DNA of 32,000 bases from Tissierellales bacterium (GTDB lineage: Bacteria > Bacillota > Clostridia > Tissierellales > Tissierellaceae). Positions within the stretch are counted from its first letter, which is position 1. Each line of letters begins with the position of its first letter. Below the pieces are notes generated by a model. It made no database searches. It was not told where the DNA came from and was given only the letters and a program-made list of their open reading frames with translations. Both the position numbers and the translations under genes were made by a program. Shown piece by piece: positions 9,191-18,553 of the stretch. The stretch is taken from assembly GCA_014360205.1 (NCBI GenBank), contig JACIXZ010000001.1:58137-90136 (forward strand), read 5' to 3'.

Positions 9191-10132
9191 ATGGATAAGA
9201 TGTATTATAACGGAATAGAATTAACTGATGACTTATTTGATAAAATACCGTTAGATGAACATTTATCAGAAGAAAGTGGGTACTCTAATTACTCATACTG
9301 GAGATCAACATTTAGGACCTTTTTTAAGAGCAAACTGAGCATCTTCTTAGTGGTGGTTATTTTGGCATTAAGCTTATTTAGTTTCCTATATCCTGTTTTT
9401 TCTAGCACTGATCCTCAACAAATTACATTAGATGTTGATAAATGGAATATGGGTCCAAACAGTGAAAATTGGTTTGGTACAGATGGACTAGGCAGAGATA
9501 TATGGGCAAGAACATGGTATGGGACTAGGAATTCTTTACTATTGGCCCTAGTTATAGCAGTAATAGAAGTAGGAGTTGGAAGCATAATTGGGGCTATATG
9601 GGGCTATGTAAGGAAAATGGACCGATTTATGATTGAACTTTATAATATTATAACTAACATACCTTCTACAGTTTATCTAATATTATTGTCTTATATACTC
9701 GAACCAAGTTTTACAACTATAGTTATAGCATTAGCATCGAGTGGATGGATAGTGGAAGCTAAATTTATGAGAAATAAAGTACTTTCTTTAAGAGAAAGTG
9801 AATATAATATTGCTTCACAGTGTTTAGGAACTCCATTAAGAAGAGTGGTTTCTAAAAATATCATTCCTCATCTTATAAGTTTAATAATCATGGAAGCAGC
9901 ATTGACAGTTCCTTATTCTATAGGTTCTGAAGTTTTCTTGGGATTCATTGGATTAGGATTACCATTGGATACTGTTACTTTAGGCAATATGGTAAATCAA
10001 GGTAGAGCTAATTTTATGCTCTATCCTTATCAAATGCTGTATCCAACAATTGTATTATGCATCATAACAATCTCATTTTATATTGTTGGGAACAAATTTG
10101 CTGATGCATCTGATCCTAAGAATCATGTGTAG
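9191..10132 (+). CDS. oppC: Peptide ABC transporter permease, OppC-like
   Basis: ...[47 protein letters not shown]..., typical of OppC/DppC. Confidence 0.9.
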   Translation: MDKMYYNGIELTDDLFDKIPLDEHLSEESGYSNYSYWRSTFRTFFKSKLSIFLVVVILALSLFSFLYPVFSSTDPQQITLDVDKWNMGPNSENWFGTDGLGRDIWARTWYGTRNSLLLALVIAVIEVGVGSIIGAIWGYVRKMDRFMIELYNIITNIPSTVYLILLSYILEPSFTTIVIALASSGWIVEAKFMRNKVLSLRESEYNIASQCLGTPLRRVVSKNIIPHLISLIIMEAALTVPYSIGSEVFLGFIGLGLPLDTVTLGNMVNQGRANFMLYPYQMLYPTIVLCIITISFYIVGNKFADASDPKNHV

Positions 10133-10140
10133 GAGGAAAT

Positions 10141-12141
10141 ATGGATACTAAAATATTAGAAGCTAAAAATATAGTTATTAAGTTTAATCTCAGAGGGAAA
10201 ATTTTAACGGCTGTTAGAAATTCCTCTCTAGATTTATACAAAGGAGAAACACTTGCAATAGTCGGAGAGAGCGGATCTGGCAAGAGTGTGTTTACAAAAT
10301 CTTTTGTTGGAATGTTAGACAAAAATGGTTGGATAGATGAAGGAGAGTTACTATATGATGGAAAAGATTTAGCGAAATTCAAAACAGAAAAAGAGTGGCT
10401 GTCTATAAGGGGAAAAAGAATTGCAATGGTATTTCAAGATCCTATGACTTCGCTTAACCCATTGAAAACTATCGGCGAGCAGATAAGAGAAGTAATAACT
10501 TGGCATAGGAACACTCCCAAAGATGAAGCAAAAAAAGAAGCTATCGAAATATTAAAAATGGTCGGAATAGATGATGCAGAAAAAAGATTTAAGCAATACC
10601 CTCATGAATTTTCTGGCGGGATGAGGCAAAGAGTAGTAATAGCAACAGCAATAGCATGTAGACCGGATATACTTATTTGTGATGAACCAACTACGGCTTT
10701 GGATGTAACCATACAAGCTCAGATCTTAAAGCTAATAAAAGATCTACAAAAAGAACTTAATATGACAGTTATTTATATAACTCATGACTTAGGGGTAGTA
10801 GCAAATGTGGCAGATAGAGTAGCCGTTATGTATGCAGGTCAAATAGTTGAATATGGACTTAGTAATGAAATATTCAAAGATCCAAAACATCCATATACAA
10901 AAGCATTATTATTATCATTGCCTCAACTTGGATTAAAAGGAGAAGATCTATTTTACATAAAAGGAACTCCTCCAAACCTCTATAGAGAAATTAAAGGTGA
11001 TGCATTTGCACTTAGAAATCCACACGCACTTAAGATAGATACTATGTACGAACCACCATTTTTCAAAGTATCTGAAACCCATTATGCAAAGACATGGTTA
11101 TTGCACGAAAAAGCCAATGACAATCTAGTTGTTGAAAAATTAGAACATAATGGGAAACAGAAAAAAGAACTCAACAAATACAATGAGAAAAAAGAAGTTT
11201 TAGTTTCATTGAGAAATGTTACTGTGAAATTTAAACTTGATGGCAAACAATTTAAAGCAGTTGAAGATGTTAGCTTTGATATATACAAAGGTGAAACTTT
11301 TTCATTAGTCGGAGAAAGTGGATCTGGGAAAACAACTATCGGAAGAGCCATCATGAAAATTCATCCTGTTTCAGAAGGGGAAATATATTTTAAAGATAAA
11401 TTAATCAGCAAAAAATTAAAAAAAGATGATATGAAGGCATTTAGACAGAGTGTGCAAATGATATTTCAAGACCCTATGGCTTCACTCAATGAAAGAGCAA
11501 AAGTAGACTACATTGTATCTGAAGGGTTGTATAACTTTAAACTTTATAACGATGAAGAAGATAGGAAAAGAAAAGTCGAAAAAGCTATGGAAGAAGTAGG
11601 ATTATTAAAAGACTTTTTAACTAGATTTCCACATGAATTTTCTGGTGGTCAGAGGCAAAGAATAGGGATAGCTAGAGCATTGGTTATGGAACCGGAATTT
11701 ATAATAGCTGATGAGCCTATTTCGGCTTTAGATGTATCAATAAGAGCTCAGATAATTAATTTGCTTAACAAATTAAAAGATGAAAAAGACTTAACATATT
11801 TGTTTATTGCTCACGATTTAAGTGTAGTAAAGTTTATATCTGATCGAATTGCAGTTATATACAAAGGACATATTGTAGAATTAGCCGATAGTGATGAGCT
11901 TTTTGAAAATCCTCTACATCCATACACTAAATCACTTTTATCTGCTGTTCCTATTCCTGACCCAGATCTAGAGAAAAATAAAAAAATATTGATTTACAAT
12001 CCAAAGATTCATGATTATTCTATCAACAAACCTAAATGGACTGAGATAAAAAAAGGACATTTCATATGGGCAAATGATAAAGAAATAGATCAATATAAAG
12101 TAGAGCTAGATAGAAATCAATATGATAAGGAGAAAAATTAA
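10141..12141 (+). CDS. Fused OppD-OppF peptide ABC transporter ATPase (two ABC domains in one 666-aa protein)
   Basis: Two Walker A motifs ([18 protein letters not shown]), two signature motifs ([24 protein letters not shown]), and two LSALDVS/TTALDVT segments. Confidence 0.93.
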   Translation: MDTKILEAKNIVIKFNLRGKILTAVRNSSLDLYKGETLAIVGESGSGKSVFTKSFVGMLDKNGWIDEGELLYDGKDLAKFKTEKEWLSIRGKRIAMVFQDPMTSLNPLKTIGEQIREVITWHRNTPKDEAKKEAIEILKMVGIDDAEKRFKQYPHEFSGGMRQRVVIATAIACRPDILICDEPTTALDVTIQAQILKLIKDLQKELNMTVIYITHDLGVVANVADRVAVMYAGQIVEYGLSNEIFKDPKHPYTKALLLSLPQLGLKGEDLFYIKGTPPNLYREIKGDAFALRNPHALKIDTMYEPPFFKVSETHYAKTWLLHEKANDNLVVEKLEHNGKQKKELNKYNEKKEVLVSLRNVTVKFKLDGKQFKAVEDVSFDIYKGETFSLVGESGSGKTTIGRAIMKIHPVSEGEIYFKDKLISKKLKKDDMKAFRQSVQMIFQDPMASLNERAKVDYIVSEGLYNFKLYNDEEDRKRKVEKAMEEVGLLKDFLTRFPHEFSGGQRQRIGIARALVMEPEFIIADEPISALDVSIRAQIINLLNKLKDEKDLTYLFIAHDLSVVKFISDRIAVIYKGHIVELADSDELFENPLHPYTKSLLSAVPIPDPDLEKNKKILIYNPKIHDYSINKPKWTEIKKGHFIWANDKEIDQYKVELDRNQYDKEKN

Positions 12142-12998
12142 TGAAAGGTAAATTAGTTATTGCAGGCGGAAACTTAGAAGAAAGCGAATATAAAATTCAT
12201 AAATATTTTGTAGAGAATGCGTCTAAACATGGAAATAAAATTGCTATAGTTCCAACTGCATCTGGAAATGAACCAATTGAAACCATAGAACACGTTAAAT
12301 CGATTTGGAAAGGACTGGGGGTAGATGAAGATAATATTATAATAGTTCCAATATATGGTGACGAAGGTAGTTTTTGGCGAGATCCACCCCTTGGAGACGA
12401 TGACGAAATTGTCGATACTTTTGTTGACATAAATGGGTTCTGGTTTACAGGCGGAGACCAATACTATACTCACAAAGCTTTTATTAGGAAAAATGGGGAT
12501 GACACGAAAGCCCTTATGAAAATGAAAGAGATATATGAGACAGGAGGCATAATTGGGGGCACTAGTGCAGGAGCAGCAATAATGAGTAAAGTAATGATAG
12601 GTTCAGGGGATAACACTGATGTGCTAAAAGGTAGGATAAAATATGGCTATGATGATTATGATGAAGAAAATGATGACTATATGAGAATAGTAAAAGGATT
12701 AGGATTTTTTGAATTGGGCATAGTAGATCAACATTTTGATAAGCGAGCTAGGCTCCTTAGACTTGCTAGAGCAGTATTGGAATCTGATAATAAGACTTTA
12801 CTAGGATTTGGAGTATCTGAGGACACAGCATTGATATATGATAAGGACAAGGAGACTTTAGCAGTATTAGGGTCTGGTGCGGTTTTTATGCTAGATTCAA
12901 GGCGAACAAAAAACTGTAAAACAGATGAAAAATTTTCTTTTGAAAGAATAGAAGTAAGCATATTTAGAGATGGTGAACGAATAGAGCTTACACTATGA
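12141..12998 (+). CDS. cphB: Cyanophycinase (peptidase family S51), cytoplasmic type
   Basis: INGFWFTGGDQ, catalytic GIIGGTSAGAAIMS, LGIVDQHFDKRARLLRL and GFGVSEDTAL. No signal peptide. Start overlaps the last base of the upstream stop. Confidence 0.92.
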   Translation: MKGKLVIAGGNLEESEYKIHKYFVENASKHGNKIAIVPTASGNEPIETIEHVKSIWKGLGVDEDNIIIVPIYGDEGSFWRDPPLGDDDEIVDTFVDINGFWFTGGDQYYTHKAFIRKNGDDTKALMKMKEIYETGGIIGGTSAGAAIMSKVMIGSGDNTDVLKGRIKYGYDDYDEENDDYMRIVKGLGFFELGIVDQHFDKRARLLRLARAVLESDNKTLLGFGVSEDTALIYDKDKETLAVLGSGAVFMLDSRRTKNCKTDEKFSFERIEVSIFRDGERIELTL

Positions 12999-13001
12999 TT
13001 A

Positions 13002-13367
13002 TTAAATAAAGTTTGAAATAATTATTAGAATTATACCTGCAACAATATTACTAAGTATTGGTTCTCTTGTATTTTTTTCTGATTTGGCAGTAAATGAATC
13101 ATCTTCATACATGTTTAAAATACCTTTATTTTTAGGCTTTTTAAAGATTGATTTTATGGAAGATGACTTTGAAAACAATTTAAATAGTTTAAGACCATCT
13201 TCTGACAAATAATTAATCCAGCCAATAAGTAGGAGTAAGCCTCCTGAAAAACCAAACAAAATATTAAGCCTACTAAATTCAAAGAATAAGAGATTATCTA
13301 AGACATATATTAGAGCTGAGGATATAACTAATTTTAGAATTAGGTGTTTAATAAACATAAATCGCAT
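13002..13367 (-). CDS. Small (121 aa) membrane protein of unknown function
   Basis: The protein ...GIILIIISNFI* is encoded by the reverse complement (tta at 13002-13004 = stop), although the track labels it '+'. Likely start is MRFMFIKHLILK at 13367 with RBS ggagatgaa. Longer alternative start at 13460. Confidence 0.65.
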   Translation of the reverse strand: MRFMFIKHLILKLVISSALIYVLDNLLFFEFSRLNILFGFSGGLLLLIGWINYLSEDGLKLFKLFSKSSSIKSIFKKPKNKGILNMYEDDSFTAKSEKNTREPILSNIVAGIILIIISNFI

Positions 13368-13446
13368 AATTTCATCTCCAATGATATAATTATAAATTAT
13401 AGCATAAGCTAAAGCATTAAACAATTCTGAATGGATAGGTGATATT

Positions 13447-15486
13447 ATGCAAAAGAGCATAGTTTTGATAACAGGTTCTGGGAATACAAAAAAACATCTT
13501 TATAGTCAGCTTCGAGAGTTTATTCCTGAGTATATAACTATTAAAAGTTTGGCGATTGAAGAGAATGTCCCAAATGAAATAACTGCAGACTTAATGATAT
13601 ATTCAAGTGAAAATCTTGTAAATGAACTAAAAGAAAGAGGAATAAAGTTAAATTGTAAAGATTATATAATAAGCGAAAGAAGTATAAATTTTGATCATAT
13701 TGAACTGGTTGCAAATATTCCTCCCAAAACAGAAGTTTTACTAGTTAACGATGAGAAGGAAACTGCACAAAGTTCAATTGAAGACTTGATGGAGTTAGGA
13801 TTAAACCATATAAAATATTATCCATATTATCCAGGGATTGATAAATATAAAAAATTAAAAATTGCGATAACACCTGGAGAATCAGATAAAGTACCTGACT
13901 GTGTAGAAAAGGTAATAGATTTAGGACCTAGGATTATGGACATTAACACTCTTTACAAAATAATGGATAAATTAAATTTTGACAACAAAGATACAAGATT
14001 TTTTACTAAGAGATATATGCAAAAAATCATAAATGTATCAAAAAATATTTCTTTAGTCAATAATAACATAAACACTTTAAACACGTATCTTAACAATATA
14101 GTAAACAGTTTAGTTAACGGTATACTGGTAATCGATGAAAATGGGTACATCAAATACGCTAATGAACAGATGACCAAATTACTTTCTCCAGACAAAAGGA
14201 ATATTGAAAATAGAAATGTAAAGAACTTAGTTGATAAAGAAGTTTTAAAATACTTTATGAGTGCTGAGTTTTATGAAAATAAAGAAATAGAAATTGCAGG
14301 ACTTATTATAAAAGCATCAAAATTTAAGATTCCAAATAGTGATAATATTGTCATAACAACGAGTAAAGAAAAAAGAGCAAATTCTAAAAGCAAATATAGT
14401 CATGATTTACTCTTAAAAGGACATTTTGCAAAATATGATTTTGATGACATAATTGGGAAAAGTCCTCAAATAAACGAAGTTAAATTAACTGCATTGAAAC
14501 TTTCAAAGTCTGACTTAACAGTATTAATTGAAGGAGAAAGCGGTACAGGAAAAGAATTATTTGCATCGGCAATTCACAATACATCAAAACGAAAAGACGG
14601 ACCATTTTTAGCCGTTAATTTCAGTGCACTTCCTGATGAGTTGATTGAGTCTGAGCTTTTTGGATACGAAGAAGGAGCTTTCACTGGGGCAAAAAAAGGA
14701 GGGAAAATAGGATTATTTGAGTTAGCTGATGGAGGAACGATTTTTTTAGATGAAATTGGCGACATATCTTTAAAAGTACAGACTAAATTATTAAGGGTAC
14801 TACAAGAAAAGGAGATAATGCCGATTGGGGGAACAAACATTAAATCAGTTGATGTTAGAGTTATTGCAGCAACAAATAAAGATTTAAGGAAAATGGTAAA
14901 AGAAAAACAATTCAGATCTGATCTTTATTATAGATTAAAAATTGGATATATCAATTTACCACCTCTTAGACAAAGAGTTTCTGATATTAAAGATTTAGTC
15001 GAATATTTTATTTCAAAAGAAACATCTAAAAGAATAGATATTTCAAAAGAAGTGATTGAGGAATTTGAAAGCTATAAATGGCTAGGTAATGTAAGGGAAT
15101 TAGAGTCAACAATTAAATATATGCTAGCTGTAAGAACTAGTGAAATATTGACAATAGAGGATTTACCTGATAAGAAATTTTTCGAGGAAGAAATAGAAAA
15201 TTATGATTGCGAAGATGAATATGAATTCAAAATTCTTAGTGGAGAGATGTTAACTATATTGAATACAATTAAAAAATTAGAAGATAACAATTTAAATGCA
15301 AGCAGAGAAAAAATAACGAAGTTTTTGAATGATATTGGGATAAATATAACAGAAAATATGATAAGAACTAAACTCAATTATTTAGAAGAATATGGATATA
15401 TCACTAAAACTAGAGGAAAGAAAGGCACAGTCTTAACCAGAAAAGGATTGGCTTATTTGAATAGTATGATTATTGAAGGTGAATAA
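13447..15486 (+). CDS. Sigma-54-dependent transcriptional activator (PAS, AAA+; non-Fis C-terminus)
   Basis: PAS-like VVNSLVNGILVIDENGYIKYANEQM; AAA+ Walker A GESGTGKE; ELFGYEEGAFTGAKKGG (GAFTGA loop); GGTIFLDEIGD; RSDLYYRLKI. Confidence 0.92.
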   Translation: MQKSIVLITGSGNTKKHLYSQLREFIPEYITIKSLAIEENVPNEITADLMIYSSENLVNELKERGIKLNCKDYIISERSINFDHIELVANIPPKTEVLLVNDEKETAQSSIEDLMELGLNHIKYYPYYPGIDKYKKLKIAITPGESDKVPDCVEKVIDLGPRIMDINTLYKIMDKLNFDNKDTRFFTKRYMQKIINVSKNISLVNNNINTLNTYLNNIVNSLVNGILVIDENGYIKYANEQMTKLLSPDKRNIENRNVKNLVDKEVLKYFMSAEFYENKEIEIAGLIIKASKFKIPNSDNIVITTSKEKRANSKSKYSHDLLLKGHFAKYDFDDIIGKSPQINEVKLTALKLSKSDLTVLIEGESGTGKELFASAIHNTSKRKDGPFLAVNFSALPDELIESELFGYEEGAFTGAKKGGKIGLFELADGGTIFLDEIGDISLKVQTKLLRVLQEKEIMPIGGTNIKSVDVRVIAATNKDLRKMVKEKQFRSDLYYRLKIGYINLPPLRQRVSDIKDLVEYFISKETSKRIDISKEVIEEFESYKWLGNVRELESTIKYMLAVRTSEILTIEDLPDKKFFEEEIENYDCEDEYEFKILSGEMLTILNTIKKLEDNNLNASREKITKFLNDIGINITENMIRTKLNYLEEYGYITKTRGKKGTVLTRKGLAYLNSMIIEGE

Positions 15487-15487
15487 A

Positions 15488-16363
15488 ATGAATATGAGAA
15501 AAATAATTGTAGAAGACAACCCTTCATTTGAGCAAGAAGTATATGAATTTGGGGAGAATCACCCTAAACTAATGATAACTGCTGGGATTCATGGAGATGA
15601 AGTAGCTGGGATATCTATAGCATATGAGTTGATTGAGTTTTTAAACAGTACAAAGCTTAAAAATGGGAGCATCAAGATTATGCCTAAGTGCAATCCAGTT
15701 GCAACTAGGGGATTTAGTAGAACTTCTTTTTATGATGAAGTGGATATGAATAGAATATTTCCTGGAAATGAAATAGATGGGGCAACTCATAAAGCTGCAA
15801 AAAATATTTGGGATGAAGCTTGTGATATGGATATAATAATTGATCTACATTGTGCAAATCAATATTCGATACCTTATATTCTATCAATATATGATAAATT
15901 TCCAAAGGCACTATCAGTTATAAATCATTTGCCACTAGATAATTTAGTTCAGTCGGCAGGGCTTAGAGGTCAATTCTTTGTTGAAAGCAATTACTTAAGG
16001 GAGCAAATTGCATTTATCATAGAAATTCCAAGTGGGTCGTCAAAAGGTGCAATTAACACTCATTTAGCGAAAAAGTGTTTTGAGGCCTTAAAAAATCTGC
16101 TAATAGCTCTTGACTTTATCGAAGGAAAAACCGTTAACAATCCACCCACATATTATGGAGAAATTTTTGAAATAAAAACACCTGCTTCTGGATTGTTTAA
16201 ACCAATAAAATCATCAGGAGATATGGTATATGAGGGGGAAATATTAGGGGAAATTGGTGATTTTAAATTAATAGCTGAAACTGATTTAAAGGTTCACAGC
16301 ATAATACCTGATTCTTTTGTATACAAAGGAGATTTCATATATTCATATATATTAAAAAAGTAA
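15488..16363 (+). CDS. Succinylglutamate desuccinylase/aspartoacylase (AstE/AspA, M14-like) family zinc hydrolase
   Basis: AGIHGDEVAGISIAYELIEFL (zinc HxxE), NPVATRGFSRTSFYDEVDMNRIFPG, DLHCAN, FIIEIPSG. Confidence 0.85.
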   Translation: MNMRKIIVEDNPSFEQEVYEFGENHPKLMITAGIHGDEVAGISIAYELIEFLNSTKLKNGSIKIMPKCNPVATRGFSRTSFYDEVDMNRIFPGNEIDGATHKAAKNIWDEACDMDIIIDLHCANQYSIPYILSIYDKFPKALSVINHLPLDNLVQSAGLRGQFFVESNYLREQIAFIIEIPSGSSKGAINTHLAKKCFEALKNLLIALDFIEGKTVNNPPTYYGEIFEIKTPASGLFKPIKSSGDMVYEGEILGEIGDFKLIAETDLKVHSIIPDSFVYKGDFIYSYILKK

Positions 16364-16390
16364 ACTTAAAGCTACCTTTAGGAGGATAAC

Positions 16391-17557
16391 ATGATAAAAC
16401 TAATTAGGAACGGGATAGTATATGCTCCATCATACATTGGAAAGAAAGACATATTGATTGCTGATGACAAGATAATTGATTTAAGGGACAATATATCTTT
16501 GGAAGGACTTGAGTATGAGTTAATAGATGCTAAGGGAAAATTCGTAGTTCCTGGGCTTATTGATAGCCACGTACATGTATGTGGCGGTGGCGGAGAAGGT
16601 GGATACAAGACAAGAACTCCAGAAATCACTCTTACGGATATAACTACAGCAGGGGTTACCACAGTTGTTGGAGTCCTAGGTACAGATGGAACATCAAGAA
16701 CAATGTCAAATTTATTAGCTAAAGTTTATGCTTTAAATGAAGAAGGAATTACAGCATATGCTTACACTGGATCATATCAAGTGCCAGTAAGAACTGTAAC
16801 AGGAAGCATTACTGATGATTTGATATTGATAGAAAGAATAATAGGGACTGGTGAAATAGCTATATCAGACCATAGATCTTCTTGTCCAAGTGTAGAAGAA
16901 CTTATTAGGCTTACATCAGATACTAGAGTTGGCGGGATGCTATCAGGTAAAGCTGGAGTAATAAACTTACATTTAGGAGATAGCAAGAATCCACTAAAGA
17001 TAATTTATGATCTACTTGACAAATCTGATATACCAATAACTCAGTTTTTACCGACTCATATGAGTAGAAATGAATGGATTTTGGAAGAAGCAATTGAGTA
17101 TGCAAGGCATGGAGGATATGTCGACTTTACAACAAGCACAACTAAAAAGTTCATAGAAGAAGGAGAAATATCATCAAGCAAAGCAGTAAGAAAAATGATT
17201 GACCATGGAATAGACATATCGCAAATAACAATTTCGTCAGATGGACAGGGAAGTCTACCTTCATTTGACAAAGAAGGAAATCTTGTTGGGCTAATGATTG
17301 GGAAAGTCTCCTCAATTTTGCAATGTATAAAAAATATGTATTTTGAAGAGAGGATAGATTTCGAAAGCTGCTTAAAGGTAGCCACAGAGAACCCTGCTCA
17401 AATATTGAAATTAAAGAACAAAGGGCAAATTAAAAAAGGTTTTGATGCTGATATATTGATTTTGAGTAAAGAAACTTTAGATTTGGATACATTAATCTCA
17501 AAAGGGCAAATCATGATAAAGCAAAAGGAAATTAAAATCAAAGGAACTTTTGAATAA
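16391..17557 (+). CDS. iadA: Isoaspartyl dipeptidase (beta-aspartyl peptidase)
   Basis: GLIDSHVHVCGGGGEGGYKTRTPEITLTDITTAGVTTVVGVLGTDG...AYTGSYQVPVRTVTGSI...ISDHRSSCPS...HMSRN...SSDGQGSLP, characteristic of IadA. Confidence 0.94.
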   Translation: MIKLIRNGIVYAPSYIGKKDILIADDKIIDLRDNISLEGLEYELIDAKGKFVVPGLIDSHVHVCGGGGEGGYKTRTPEITLTDITTAGVTTVVGVLGTDGTSRTMSNLLAKVYALNEEGITAYAYTGSYQVPVRTVTGSITDDLILIERIIGTGEIAISDHRSSCPSVEELIRLTSDTRVGGMLSGKAGVINLHLGDSKNPLKIIYDLLDKSDIPITQFLPTHMSRNEWILEEAIEYARHGGYVDFTTSTTKKFIEEGEISSSKAVRKMIDHGIDISQITISSDGQGSLPSFDKEGNLVGLMIGKVSSILQCIKNMYFEERIDFESCLKVATENPAQILKLKNKGQIKKGFDADILILSKETLDLDTLISKGQIMIKQKEIKIKGTFE

Positions 17558-17584
17558 ATACTATGAAATTTCATAGTATTTATT
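17553..17584 (+). terminator. Perfect 32-nt palindrome, probable terminator, overlapping the iadA stop
   Basis: AATAAATACTATGAAATTTCATAGTATTTATT, T-rich downstream. Stop TAA is at 17555-17557. Confidence 0.6.
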
Positions 17585-17700
17585 ATTATTTAAAGCAAAT
17601 AAATTTGTAAAATTGGATTTAGATTTATAAGAGCAAATTTTATACATTTGTGTTTATTTTTGGGAATATGGGTAATATAAATTCAAAAGGGGGAATAATA

Positions 17701-18552
17701 ATGACAGTAAAAGTTGTAATAGACAGTATTTGCTCACCTTCTTTGAATTTGGTGAGAGAGCACAATATTCCTATAGTACCTATAAATATTCATGTAGGTG
17801 AGGATATATTTGAAGATGTGATTGATGTTGATGCACAAGAACTTTATGAAAAATTAGAAAAGGATGAAGTTAAAATAACAACATCAGCACCATCTTATGA
17901 AAGATTTTATCAAGAGTTCAAAACGGCAATTGAATCTTATGACCATTGCTTATGTATGACAGTAGCATCTTCGGTTAGCAACACTTACTCGTTAGCTATG
18001 AAGGCGAGAGAGGAGTTTAATGAAAAGGATAGAGATCGTATAATTATATTTGACACCAATACTGCAGGACCAGCCTCTAGTTTATTAGTGATGGAAGCTA
18101 TAAAAATGGCTGAAAATCAGGAAGATATTGACCAAATATTAAATGTTTTAAATGAATTAAGGCCGAACGCAAAATTTTCCCTTATATTATCTACATTGAA
18201 ATATGTTCAAAGAAGTGGAAGAATTGGCAAAGTAGCCTCAGTAGCTGGTGATTTATTCAATATAAAGCCACTAGTATATTTAAAAAATGGTGAAATTAAA
18301 TTTTTTGGTAGAGCAAGAGGAATGAATCAAGGGTACAAAATGATGATAGAAGAGCTAAAAAAAGATACAGAGGGCAAAGATATGTTAAGGGTAGCGATAT
18401 CTCACTCAAATGTAGAGGATGAGGCGTTAAAGCTTAAAAGCATGATAGAAGAAGTCTACCCTGATTTAAGCATTGACATCTCTCCTCTAACACTTGCTAT
18501 TGGACTACATGTAGGGCCAGGAGTTGTTTCGATAGGTTATACTTATAAATAG
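17701..18552 (+). CDS. DegV family (FakB-like) fatty-acid-binding protein
   Basis: VKVVIDSICSPSLNLVREHNIPIVPINIHVGEDIFED..., TSAPSYERF, VASSVSNTYSLA, FDTNTAGPASSLL. Start chosen by RBS gggggaa. Confidence 0.9.
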   Translation: MTVKVVIDSICSPSLNLVREHNIPIVPINIHVGEDIFEDVIDVDAQELYEKLEKDEVKITTSAPSYERFYQEFKTAIESYDHCLCMTVASSVSNTYSLAMKAREEFNEKDRDRIIIFDTNTAGPASSLLVMEAIKMAENQEDIDQILNVLNELRPNAKFSLILSTLKYVQRSGRIGKVASVAGDLFNIKPLVYLKNGEIKFFGRARGMNQGYKMMIEELKKDTEGKDMLRVAISHSNVEDEALKLKSMIEEVYPDLSIDISPLTLAIGLHVGPGVVSIGYTYK

Positions 18553-18553
18553 C

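Noticed and set aside
10116-10382. Minus-strand 88-aa ORF at the oppC/oppDF junction
   Set aside because: It overlaps the start and Walker A region of the fused ATPase, lacks an RBS, and its composition is typical of an antisense shadow.
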